64,000 nucleotides of DNA, from positions 6,109,190-6,173,189 of the forward strand of contig OZ037771.1 of the NCBI GenBank assembly GCA_964035545.1, given 5' to 3'. Positions 40,240 to 52,438 of this stretch are shown here, in pieces. Below the pieces are notes generated by a model. That model saw only the letters and a list, made by a program, of their open reading frames with translations. It searched no databases and was not told where the DNA came from. Origin of the DNA: Bugula neritina. Taxonomy: Eukaryota; Animalia; Bryozoa. Made by a program: the position numbers and the translations under genes. Positions within the stretch are counted from its first letter, which is position 1. The number at the start of each line of letters is the position of its first letter.

Positions 40240-42909
40240 TTGCGACTGGAGATCAGCCTCTTGACTTTTACACTGGTCTAGAAGGTTGTTGACTTGTGAC
40301 TCTCTGTCTTTAGCTGAAGCTAGTAGTTGTTCTTCCAAAGTCTACAATAAATTAAGCAAAATTACATACATAATTGTGTGAGAAAGTCATTGGTTTGTTT
40401 TCATTTTTAGTAACTGATTTGGGATGATCAGCATTTCTTCATTAATGACTATGCTTGCTGTTGACTATGCTTGCTGTTGACTATGCTTGCTGTTGACTAT
40501 GCTTGCTGTTGAATTGTGTTGTGTTGAATATTCTTGTACCAGCCAGTTCGACACAGTTGGTTGTATATAAAATTTGTAATAAGGGTGACATCATTATTTT
40601 ATACTGTTTTTGATAGATACAATTTATTCTCATTAGCTCGTCTGATGTAAAAACAATGTTATTTCGGACAATGCCAGTGTTACCAGCTTGAACACCGGCC
40701 TCTGACATTTCTAATCGATCAAGTAAGGCATTTAGATCCTATGATAGAAAGATGAAGCCTTTACCTATTTTGACACAACATTTCGATTTTTTGAAAGTCT
40801 AAGCATTGCTTTTGTCTATAACAGCGGTTTTTATTTAAAACTTGTTTTGTTAAGAAGATACCACTGGTTACATTGCAAGATGAAGATAATTTGTTTTAAA
40901 CTGAAAATTATCGGTTCTGCTTTAATAACTGTTTCTTTTCTTTAGTAATGGCAGTTGAACTTATTCTGTGACATCAGTGATAACCCACTCTTTTCCGAGA
41001 GGAAAGCTCTCCTCAAAGGTTTTGGTATTTTGTTTGTAAATTCATCAATTTTTTGTTTACTGTAAGTAATTCGGTTTGAAATAACCTCTTCTAAATCGGT
41101 TGTTTGTTGTATTGAAACAGCATCACCTCTGCAACCTCCCCACAATCCCACTTCTCTAACATCCACCTCATCATTATTTTTCTTTTCAGTATTACATTTG
41201 CTCTTTCTTATTGGATTATTTAAGATTCATTATTCTACCTATAATTGGCTGTGACCTAGATTCACTAAAAAGTCTATATCTTCAGAACCATAAGATTCTA
41301 TATCAACATAAAACTTATTAGTAATATATTGTTTTTAAATATATCTTTTAAAATATAATTTTACCCTGTGGCTGACTCATTGCTTCTATTAACTGAGCTT
41401 TAGTGCTCCTGTTCTCAACTTCGATATTCATCGACCTAGCCAAAAGCTTAAGTTCACTTTTCGTTGAATCTTCAAGTGCGAGCTGGAGGCTTCCTATTAA
41501 TAATCAGTATATTTTGCAGCTAGTTATCACCCATCCAAGATGTCAATTTGTTTTTTGCAATATAACTTGAGTTTGGGTAAAAATAGAATTCTAGAGTTTG
41601 TAGATTCAGAATCAGCACAAAATTCTGATCTAAAAACAACTTTTTTTGAGTGGCCACCTAGTAAAGTGTAATAAGTCAATTTTTTGAGCACTTCTTTGGA
41701 AGGTTACTTCCAGATTATGAGCCATTTTACTAACTCTCTCAAAGTGCTTTACAGGAAATTTTTATGATTTGTAAATGTATGGTCTCACGCTGCCAAATAA
41801 ATATATGCCAACAGTTTAGCAACACATATCAATGCTATATTTAAAAAATCAAATTATTACTACTTATAAAACAAAATAAAACAATACCAAACCAATAATC
41901 ATCTAACTTTAAATCTGCATAATAGTTTTATAGGTGAGCATACAGAAAAAATAAAGTTAAAAAATAAAGTTAAAAAATATGGCCATCAAAAATGCTATCA
42001 GTCTATCCTTATCCGTTGATTTCTTTGCTGCTCTTTTTCGTTATAATCATTTTTCATGTCGCAAAGGCTATTTTCCACTTTTTCCACAGTATCTTTAAGA
42101 AATAAAGTTAAAAAATAAAGTTAAAAAATATGGCCATCAAAAATGCTATCAGTCTATCCTTATCCGTTGATTTCTTTGCTGCTCTTTTTCGTTATAATCA
42201 TTTTTCATTTCGCAAAGGCTATTTTCCACTTTTTCCACAGTATCTTCAAGAATTTTTATAGTCTACAACCAAAAGGGAATTATTTTGGCCATGACGTCCA
42301 ACAAAAGTACACAAAAATAGCAATTAGAAGCGTAGATGCATTATCTGCGACTGTTCAATTACAAGACGCTGGTTTTCTAGTGCCTCGTGGGAAGTATTTT
42401 TTTGCACTTGCTTTAGCTGATCTAGTTGAGCACTCAACTCCTGCTCAAATCTAAATTTCTCATCTTTCATCTGTTCCATTAACTCCGTGGCAGTTCTGTT
42501 ACTTGCCAAAGTCTGGAGGCAGTCAAAATGAAATTAAAAAAAGAACTAGCTTATAGTAGACCTGCTGGAAACGAACAATGGGAAAATGAAATAACAAGCA
42601 ATATGCAAATAAAAGGCAGCAACACAACCATTTCAAGTAACCAATCTGTCCTAAACCAGATAGGTAAAATGTGGTTTTACTACAGGTGGATAGGCTATAA
42701 ACAGCTGAGCTCTGCCAAACCTTATCCAACTGCATCTGTAGATCAGTAACTCTCCTCTCACTCTGCGCATGCTGAGTTTCCATCTCACATTTCAAAACCA
42801 GAGTGCCTTCTCAAGATTCAGAAAGCAGCTGATTGGCTTTGTTTGCTCGCTGTCTTTCTGCCTCAACCAATGATTTCAAACAATTATTTTCACTATTTAA
42901 CCGCTCAAT
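40240..42909 (-). pseudogene. Degenerate coiled-coil gene fragment (~5 exons)
   Basis: Spliceable exons read IERLNSENNCLKSLVEAERQRANKANQLLSES*EGTL..., TLASNRTATELMEQMKDEK..., SLQLALEDSTKSEL... (frameshifted), DLNALLDRLEMSEAG and TLEEQLLASAKDRE. In-frame TGA at ~42812; no start or end found. Confidence 0.6.
41947..42249. repeat. ~150-bp tandem duplication
   Basis: Two near-identical consecutive units. Confidence 0.88.
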
Positions 42910-43307
42910 CTGAAAAAAAATGACCCGCAGGATAGCTACTAATCATTCAGATAAAACTTGGTAACTAAAGATAAATTAGAAAAAAAGTATAGGTACATAA
43001 AAATTACACCAGGATAAGCCAAAGCAAAAGTACACAAACAAAAATATGTAGTAAATGAGAAGCGCCAATGTCAGTTCTTTTCACAAGTAGGCTGGTGGCT
43101 ATGCAACCTAACGGGAATTAATCAAGTGCAGCAGCATTTAACACATGTAATGAGTCTGTGTTGGTCGAGTCTGGATTTTTTCTTTTTGGCTGTTTTTTCA
43201 ACTGAAACAATTCAACTCTATATAAACCTTAATGTTTGGACAATTTGGTTGTACAGATGCTACACTGAAAACCGCCGTCATCCACTGCACACCTAATCCT
43301 AACACAT

Positions 43308-43855
43308 TGTCACAAAACTGTTGGTAGCAGTGTGACGAGTTCGAAAAGTCTGGTAGTCAGAAGTGTATAGACAAGTAGCATACAGCTTGCTAATCCAGTT
43401 GTGAGTAAATAGAGTTGTGAATATAAGTAGACTTTATTTCTCTAGTAAGATATGCACAGATGAATTTATAAAAATGAACTTTGAGAATGAACTTATAAAA
43501 AGGAACTGATTTGTAAACACAACTGCCTCAGTATTTATAGTAAACAAAACACTCTAGTACATTCTCAAGCATTCCAGTATAGAAGATTCTAGTAGAAAGC
43601 ATTCCCCACATGCCAATACTATTTATAGAAAATCAAAACAAAACAAAACATTGGAATTTCCATAGTCATTTCGCAATTATTTCGCAATACCTTGTTTACA
43701 TTGCTGGACAGTAGTTAACATGACTAATGAAAACAATAACGATGAACAATGACCCATCTCTTTGATCAGTCTAGAATATTCATGAACATTCGTGTATACT
43801 CATTAGGAAAAACCCTGTAAATCTATAGGTATATGTACACTCAGAATTTGTGACA
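43308..43855 (-). mobile_element. 3' LTR of the gypsy element, 548 bp
   Basis: TGTCACAAA...TTTGTGACA inverted termini. Polypurine tract (AGAATGGGGGG) immediately 5' on the minus strand. TATAAATA and AATAAA inside, on the minus strand. Confidence 0.88.
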
Positions 43856-43902
43856 ACCCCCCCATTCTAAGAGAAATTATCTTGATAATTTCTCCTTACT
43901 AC

Positions 43903-46770
43903 TTAAAATTCTGAGTCAATTCGGCTTGGATAATCGGCTCCAACATTGTCCTTTCCTCTGATTGACTCCACCTTGATTCTGAAGTTCTGTAAATACATAG
44001 CCCATCTCATCACTTTGCTGTTTCTTACTGTACAGGTCCAACAAATTATCTTCGCATTCTTTTCTTTCCTCATCATGATCAATAATTCCAGCACCAGCAG
44101 CATCTAGAGTCATTACAGCTCCAACAGTCATAGGGTCGGTAGGCGTCTCCCGCTCAAAATATTTCTTCAGCATGTTGGCATGGTATGTTCTCCTCTTGCC
44201 TCTAATGTTGATAATGTAGTCATTCAGTCTGACTTTCTCCTCAATATTGAATGGTCCTTGCCAATGCATCAGCAATTTATTTCCATCCGTAGGTAGAAGA
44301 ATGAGCACTTTGTCACCAGGTTTGAAGTCTCTCTGCTTAACTTTCTTATCAAAATAGTGTTTGTATCTTTTTTGACTTTCTTTTAGCGAAGCTAGTGCCA
44401 TTTCCATCATGTCATCTAAACGCTCTCTCAATTCAAAAACATGTTGATAGCAGGTCTTGACTTCATCGGCAGTGTCTTCTTTTGTCCAAAGTTGTCGCAG
44501 GATGTACATCGGTCCACGCACAGTTCTTCCATAGAGTAACTCGAATGGGGCGAAGCCTGTTGATTCCTGTGGGACTTCTCTATATGCAAATAGAGCCGCA
44601 TTGATGAACCGATGCCACTGTCTTGGCTCTTTAGCACACAACTTTTTTAACATACTCTTGAGGGTTCCGTTGAACTTTTCCACAAGTCCATTGGCCATTG
44701 CATGGTATGGTGAAGTAGGAAGTTGCCGCATGTCGAGTAATCTGGTAAACTCTTTCATGTAATCCGAGATGAATTGAGTTCCTTGGTCGCTTATCACCTC
44801 CTCTGGTATCCCAACACGACTGTACATGTCAAGCAGCGCTTCAGCTACAGTAGCTGAGTCAATGTTCTTTAATGGTGTAGCTTCAGGATATCTTGTAGCA
44901 TAGTCAACTAAAGTTAGGATGTAGCGGTGTCCTTTCTCACTTGGAGGGTTAATTGGTCCGACGAGGTCTATTGCACATCTCTTGAATGGGGTGTCATTTA
45001 GTGGAGTTTCCTGTACTGGAACTTTCATGACTGAGCCTTTTTTCACAGTCTTCTGGCAAATGTCACATGACTGACAGAAACGTACGACATCTCTGTTTAG
45101 TCCTGGCCAGAAAAAGTTGGAAAGCACTCTATCAGTGGTTTTCTTTACTCCTAGGTGTCCGCTCATTATGCAGTCATGAGCTTTCTGTAGAACTTCCTTC
45201 CTCAGTGAACTGGGTACCATGAGTTGTTTAACAGGTTTTACACTGACAGACCTCGAGTCGGTGTACTCACGGTACAGAATCTTGTTCTTCACCACAAACC
45301 TAGTGGTGCATCCCTTTTTTCTCCTTCACTTCTTTTGCATCGAAGAAACGTTCCAATGTGGGGTCATCCCTCTGCAGTCTGGCTATCTCATCTTTCCCTA
45401 TACTTAATGGGTTAGCATTTGAATCAATCATCAGTGGTTTGTCTCCTGACTTTTCCTTGACCGCTTGAGCTCTTGTGATCACGGCGCAGTCCTTCCAGTT
45501 TTCCAGCGGCTGGTCAGCTGATCTCGCTCCATCCACATTCCCAATAAGCAGGTCACAAATCGTCTTGTCCATTACTGCAGCTTTGATGACACCATTGTAA
45601 AATGGTGAGCGTACTGAGATAAGTGCACACTGAGCCTCCCTAACACTTGCATCAGCCATTTTCAGATAAACTTATTCTCCAGTTAAGTGTTGAGGTTGCA
45701 CATACTTTGCATTGACTACAATGCAACCACAGCCGGTGTCGCGCATTACAGTGGCTCGTTGGCCATTAACTTCCGCATCAAATATCGCTGTGCCCCCATC
45801 TTTGAATTTAGGTCCATTCTTGCAGACAGCAGCGTTGACAAACTTTTTATCATTAACTGTGATTTCCATAGGTTCTTCCACTTTAGATGAGATTCCTGGA
45901 TCTTTGACTACAGTCTTATTCTGAGTAGTCGCTATTGCAGCAGCAGCATGCACTGCCCTCCCACCATACTTTCTGCAGTCTGAAGTATTGTGGTTGTTCA
46001 TCTTGCAATGTGAACAGTACTTCTTCCCTCGCCGTGGGCAATTACGAGCAATGTGTGACTTATCTTTGCAGATGAAACATGCACCCTCACTTTTACTTCC
46101 TTGTTCAGCATTCATGCTACCGGTGGGTGTGTTTTCCATCCTTTTTATATTAGTTTTCTTAGTCTTTGCTAGTTTTCTTCCACGGGCGTGCAAAAACAGT
46201 GACGCTGCATCACACATATCCTCACTGCTGTTGTAGGAACTTTGCTTTAAATGCACAGCTAGGTCGTCTGGGCATGATGATATAAATTGTTCAGTCGCCA
46301 CTAGTTTGGCTATGTCCATGCCCCCTGAAAGCTCTACCCACTTGTGCACATAACTTTCTATCCTAGTGAACAGTTGTGCAGGAGTTTCATCCTCGTAAGC
46401 TTCTGCCTCTCTGAGCTTTTTTCTGTAGCCTTCTTGAGTCAAGTTAAAGCGCTCCAACAAGGCTTCTTTGACTTTTTTATAATCTCTACGATCGGTAGGT
46501 GACAACCGGATGTAAGCTTCTGTTGCTGTACCCCTTAGGTACTGACTGAGATGGTAGGGCCAATCTCCCTTGTCCCAGTTACATCCTTCGGCCACCCACT
46601 CGAACCGCTCTAAATAGCTATCCATTTCGTCCACCTTCTCATCAAAGAATGGTATTTTTGGTTTTGGTTTGTTAGCTATTTCTAACCTGGTGCTCTCATG
46701 TCTTGAGTGCTCCAAACTTGTGTCAGCTTTCAGCTTTTCCATATCTAATTCATGTCGTTGTCTTTTGAAG
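43903..46770 (-). mobile_element. Gmr1-like Ty3/gypsy internal region: gag (SCAN-like capsid, 2 CCHC) - protease - integrase - [RT/RH deleted] - RNase H C-terminal tail
   Basis: Gag KIPFFDE...YLERFE, CX2CX4HX4C twice, protease RDTG. Integrase with HHCC, D-D-E (IDLVGP, SDQG, GLVEKFN) and WQGPF. After INT, a different frame gives MRWAMYLQNFRIKVESIRGKDNVGADYPSR (end of RNase H). In-frame TAA at 45672 and a frameshift near 45315. Confidence 0.9.
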
Positions 46771-47944
46771 GTTTGAGATTTAGGTTGCACAAGATTCTCA
46801 AAAAAGGCAAATACCGGAAAGTGATCTGAGATATCTTTATCAAGTGTACCACTAATGACGTTACTACTGTAGAAATTTATGGCTATGTGATCTATACAAG
46901 AGCTGGAGGTTTGGGTAGTGCGAGTTGGGTGCTCTATTAAATGAGTGTAGCTGTATTGATGTAATAGGTCAGTGTAGCTATCAGATTCTTGCTTAAGTAT
47001 ATCAATATTAATATCACCAGTGATAATGTGATTGTGATCAGCATGAGAAATAGAGTGTAAAAAATTGTGCAGGTCATCAGTGAACCTACCAGTGTCAGAC
47101 GAAGGTTGTCTATATATGGCAGTAATACGTAATGGGACTTCATCCAAGCCGGCCACTAACAAAGAGATTGCCTCTGAACCCTCAATTATTGGCTCTAGTT
47201 TTTCAATTACAGCCAGGCCACTGTGCACATATATCCCACATCCACCTGCTCTGGAGTCACGGCATGAGCCTATATAAGAGTAATTTGAAATCGGAAAGTA
47301 ATTGCATTCGTTGGAGTAGAGAAAAGTTTCACTTATGGCAATAACATGAAAAGAACAATTTACAATTGAGAGTAATTCCAAAAGGTTATTAAAGTTTTTT
47401 CTAAGGCTGCGTATATTGCAGTGAAACACTCGAAAATCATTACAAGAAATATTGTTTAAGTCATCTATAGTGAAATGTTTGCTGGTATTACAAAGTTCCA
47501 TTTTGTTAGAATATGAAAAACAATTTCGATTATATAAATACTGGCGTCTTAAGCATCTTGGAGATCAGATAGGGACTTAATGTGGATGGCTTTGGAACCT
47601 TCCGTTTCTCTCAAGAAAACTTTTTGGTTTATTGTCCAAGCAAATTTAAAGTTATTCTCTTTCTCATATTCTCTGACTTTGTGGAACAGTTGTCTAGTTG
47701 GGTATAAGAGGTATTCATTGATATATATCTTAGATGCAGTTTTATAACCAAGTTCTTTACTAGTAAGTGACTTGTTTTTCTTAGCCTTGAATGATCTTAT
47801 GAAGTCCTGACAGATATGAGTCTGAATAAACTTGACAATAATAGACTTTTTGGATTTATTTCTGTAAACCATATCAATATTGACTGGAGTGAGGTGTACA
47901 TCATTTAATTCAGCTACTTTTGTTACTATATCCTTCAGGGACTC
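46770..47944 (-). mobile_element. CR1/L2-like LINE fragment: ORF1 C-terminus (47944-47549) plus ORF2 apurinic endonuclease domain (47501-~46775)
   Basis: ORF1 tail IIVKF...KIYINEYL...FKFAWT.NQKVFLRE. EN motifs HCNIRS, ISET, GGCGIYV, IYRQP, GDINID, PTR, IDH and SDH are all intact. Truncated at both ends. Confidence 0.88.
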
Positions 47945-49173
47945 ATAATGTAACTTTCTATACATCCTGTATTATGCATAGCATACTTTCTGCGATTGCA
48001 TAATTACTACCATACAGTCTGCAGTTGTAGATCTGACACTCTATCTCAGTACTGCATTATATGAAGCTAAGATTCTAGAAAAATCTATTTTCCTGGTAGA
48101 ACACGAAACACTTTATAAAAAAGATTTTTCAAGCCGATTCTTTTGTAAGGAACAACAGTTTTATAGGCTATCAAAAGGCTAGTCACATGCACTGCAAACT
48201 AAATAAGAATTATTTCATCTGCTTCAGTGGCAAATTGATATCTGAAAGTGTTGCCAGAAATCGAGTGATAGCAATATTAGAGTTGTCTTCTCACTTGTGC
48301 TTATTTGTCTTAAATCCAACTGGGCAGAGAAATTCCATGCTTCACTAGTTCACTAGTAAAATTTCAATAGTTAAAGTTTCACATGATAAATTCTTTGTCT
48401 TGTAAAAATCTTACAGCAAACTAAAAATTTAACAAGTAAACTTGGTTTAGCTTATATTTATGTTTACCAAATGTATTTACTATTCACATCTAGTAATAAT
48501 CAAGAAGTTCCACTTGTGGTATCAACAATATCCTCTGCTGCAGCTACTTGATCTCTAGATACTGGTAATATAAGCTCTAGAAATCGTTTCGTTGTTCAGA
48601 TATTTCTTAAAGTCAATTCAATTAACATAAAACTTACTGTGCAAGACTAGAGGGTAGAAAAAGGCGAAAAATGAAAAACCTTTAACTTGTGGAAAAGCAC
48701 AAAAATATGGAAATGACATCTTTTCTGGTCAGATATAAATGTATTTGCAGTGTAGAGTTGAGATAAATATTTTGCCATGAATACATAAGAATAATACTAT
48801 ATGAGTGAGTGAAGTACCCATGATATTTTGCCATGATATCTTGTCATAGTATGGAAATACAGTACATATAGTGTTGAACTAAATAAACTGCTGTAAGTGG
48901 AATATTGACTTGCTATGAACTAATACTGTGTACAATTATTACAAACGTATATTATGTACAACTAATGCATGCAATTATTATTATTATCAAATATTATACA
49001 AAAGTTATATGTACAATAAAAACAATATCCTGCATACTACGTGTTCCATAGTAACAATATCATATATACTACGTGTCCCATAGTAACAATATACTACATA
49101 TTATGTGTGTCTCATAGTAACAATATACTATATACTACGTGTCCCATAGTAACAATATACTATATACTACGTG
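47945..49173. repeat. Copy 2 of the ~1.2-kb direct duplication
   Basis: Collinear with 33862-~35070 and ends in the same 32-bp minisatellite. Confidence 0.93.
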
Positions 49174-49435
49174 TGGCTAATGACTCTTTTCTTTTCACAC
49201 AGTTTGTAGAAAGCTCACCTAAAAACAAAAGTGTATCATGGAGTGAGCAAATAAATACAAGAATAAATATGACATGCTGTAATATACTAAAAGCAATATT
49301 TAGTGAGAAGCAGAGCTTTAACTCTTTCTAGTACACCAGTCTCGTGACTGACAAGTACATAATATAGGCTTACTTCACTACTAGGCAACTTGGCAATAAA
49401 AGTGCGCAACTAAAACTGCTGGTAAGTGCTACTTT

Positions 49436-52398
49436 CTAGAGGTGAATGAACTTTGTTACCTGCTATAACATGTTACTTGCTACATTGAATATTTCCAAAT
49501 TACAAAGAATAGTATTTATACTTCTTAAATCTCACAGATTAAAAAGCTATACGCTTATATGAGCAGCAGCAGTAGTAGTTACTGCAGCAGCAGCAACAAT
49601 AGTAATAGTGATATATTTGCAACGGTAAGTATAGAAACAGCACTGGCAGCAAATAGTAGAACTATAACTACTGGTGGTAGTAGCAATTGCAGTAAAACAG
49701 TAATAATAGTACATCTAATATTAGATATATTTTATAATAGAAATGAAGGTATTAGTAATAATGACAGTATCAGCAAAATTAGTGATAGTATTGGTAAGAG
49801 TAGTTATAGTATTAGTAACAGTAGTTATAGTATTAGTAAGAGTAGTTATAGTATTAGTAAGAGTAGTTATAGTATTAGTAAGAGTAGTTATAGTATTAGT
49901 AACAGTGTTTATAGTATTGGTAAGAGTAGTTATAGTATTAGTAAGAGTAGTTATAGTATTGGTAAGAGTAGTAACAGTATGACTATCCTCCCCACCAACA
50001 CCCACCTCCATCAAGCCTGTCTGCCGCATGGTGTTAGGAAGAGCCAGGTTGTTCTGATGAAGAGTCTCCAGCAGCTCTGTGCAGCTGATTTGTGGCAGAG
50101 AGAGCACGGCAACTCTGTTACTCTTGTACCACTCCTCTACCAGACTATGATGAAAGTGTGTAATATATTATAGCTTTATTTTCAGTGAATTTCCTAGTAA
50201 ACGTCTACTGCGGGGAAGAAGGAAGAGGTTACAAGAAAGGTCATGTGTCAGACAGAGGCTGTGTTTGGAGGTAAAGCTCACCTGTTGCTGCCAGCATCGG
50301 CTGCTTTGGTGTACATAACTTTGACAACATTTATACACTGAGTAGAGCCATCACTTTCACCAAGCAGAAGCTGTAAATCTTTCTCAATAATCCACACCTA
50401 ATAACAATAATAGTATAGCATACAGTAGTATAGCATACAGTAGTATAGCATATAGTAGTATAGCATACAGTAGTATAGCATATAGTAGTATAGCATATAG
50501 TAATATAGCATATAGTAGTATAGCATATAGTAGTATAGCACATAGTAGTATAGCATATAGTAATATAGCATACAGTAGTATAGCATATAGTAGTATAGCA
50601 TATAGTAGTATAGCATACAGTAGTATAGCATACAGTAGTATAGCATATAGTAGTATAGCATATAGTAGTATAGCATATAGTAGTATAGCATATAGTAGTG
50701 TATCTACCAAAAAGCTAGGTGTTGGTCTCAGGCTCCCCTCTGTTTTATATTCAACAACAAACTGGTAAGTCATGGCATGTCTACAATACTCTAACAGGTT
50801 GGTTGAAAATCTTTTCTCAGTGCTACAAAATAAACTAAACATAAGGTCTGAGGAGACAGCTAGGGCAAAACTAAGTTATACCACGTGTACCAGTCCAACA
50901 TAATAGCCAAATAATGATAATTTATAATAATAATATAATTCTTCTAATCACATATAAAGGTATAAAGGCTTTCCAAAAAGTGTTTCTCAGATCTATGCAA
51001 CAACAAATAACTAACCCAGCTTCACATTCTTTAAAAATTCATGCTTATGCAAATATTACGTAGCTTAGAGTATATGAAGAAACAACTACCCACCATCAGA
51101 GATACTATAACTTTATTTCAGTAATATAAAGTCACCTGCCTAACTATTGGACAACTTTCACCACCTGGACTCCGGTACCCCACCCTTTGGTGGTACAACT
51201 CTACTACTCTGCCATCTGTATGGTTTGTGTCTGCAATTTAGACATACCAAAGATACAACTAAATAATAAATTGCAGGTAACAAGAGAAATATTCTGCCGA
51301 TGAAAGTCATTTCTTCATCTAGTTCTAGTAACCTCATCCAATAGTGCAAACATCATTTGTTGCCTGCATGTAGTTAGTTGCAGAGTATTGTACAGCATAA
51401 AACTAAGAGGACTAGAAAATCTGTAATGTATGAACATGATACAGTAACAGCTGAATATTGCTGCTGGGTCAATTTGAAATACCCTGGTTGTTATTTATGC
51501 CCAGTAGCTAAAGAAAGCAATGTTGTTGTGTTAAAAGATAATAAATTTTAGAAAAATTATAAATCCCATAGATTTTAGACATAATTCAAAGATAATATAT
51601 GATGGTTCAGCATTTAGGTCTGCTCTTTGATATATATAAACTCAAAAAAAGATATAAATGTCACAAAACACTAAGAACACTAACATTACCTCCAGTACTA
51701 GTGATATCACAGTTTGAAGGCGTTGGCTGAGCCCCGCCAAGGTGGTTGCCACAGTGAGCACAGGCTATTTGGAGTTGTGCTCCAGTGTTTATGTTCTCAA
51801 GATTGGATATGCGAGTGAGAGATGAGTAATGGCCAACCAGCAGGTCACCTACAGAAACCAGATCTATCATTTAGCAGCAGTTATAGAACACAACTCCTAC
51901 CTCAACACATAGTTATAGAACACAACTCCTACCTCAACACATAGTTATAGAACACAACTCCTACCTTAACACATAGTTATAGAACACAACTCCTACCTTA
52001 ACACATAGTTATAGAACACAACTCCTACCTTAACACATAGTTATAGAACACAACTCCTACCTTAACACATAGTTATAGAACACAACTCCTACCTTGACAC
52101 ATAGTTATAGAACACAACTCCTACCCTGACACATAGTTATAGAACACAACTCCTACTTCAACACATAGTTATAGAACACAATTCCAATAAATTCTTTTTT
52201 AAAAGCGAATTGATGGAAGTTATTCCACATTCAAGCCCTATAAAACCTGAAGAAAGCCGAGTGCTGGTATAAAGTATAGATCTTATCAGAAATCACAAAA
52301 AGTTATAAACTACATATTCTAAAAACTTAGAATTGCTAGTTGTCAAAATACAGATTTTCACTTAATATGAGTTTGTAACTTTTGATCCAGAGCTGAGC

Positions 52399-52438
<40 letters not shown>

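Noticed and set aside
45310-45325. Programmed ribosomal frameshift at AAAAAAGGG before the integrase
   Set aside because: The required shift corresponds to one extra base, and there is an upstream in-frame stop; simple decay is more parsimonious.
49559-50173. 204-aa Ser-rich plus-strand ORF and the Thr-rich extension on the minus strand
   Set aside because: Produced by the 21-bp repeat and antisense to UBE3D exons. A GT donor after ...GLME matches the expected UBE3D exon end.
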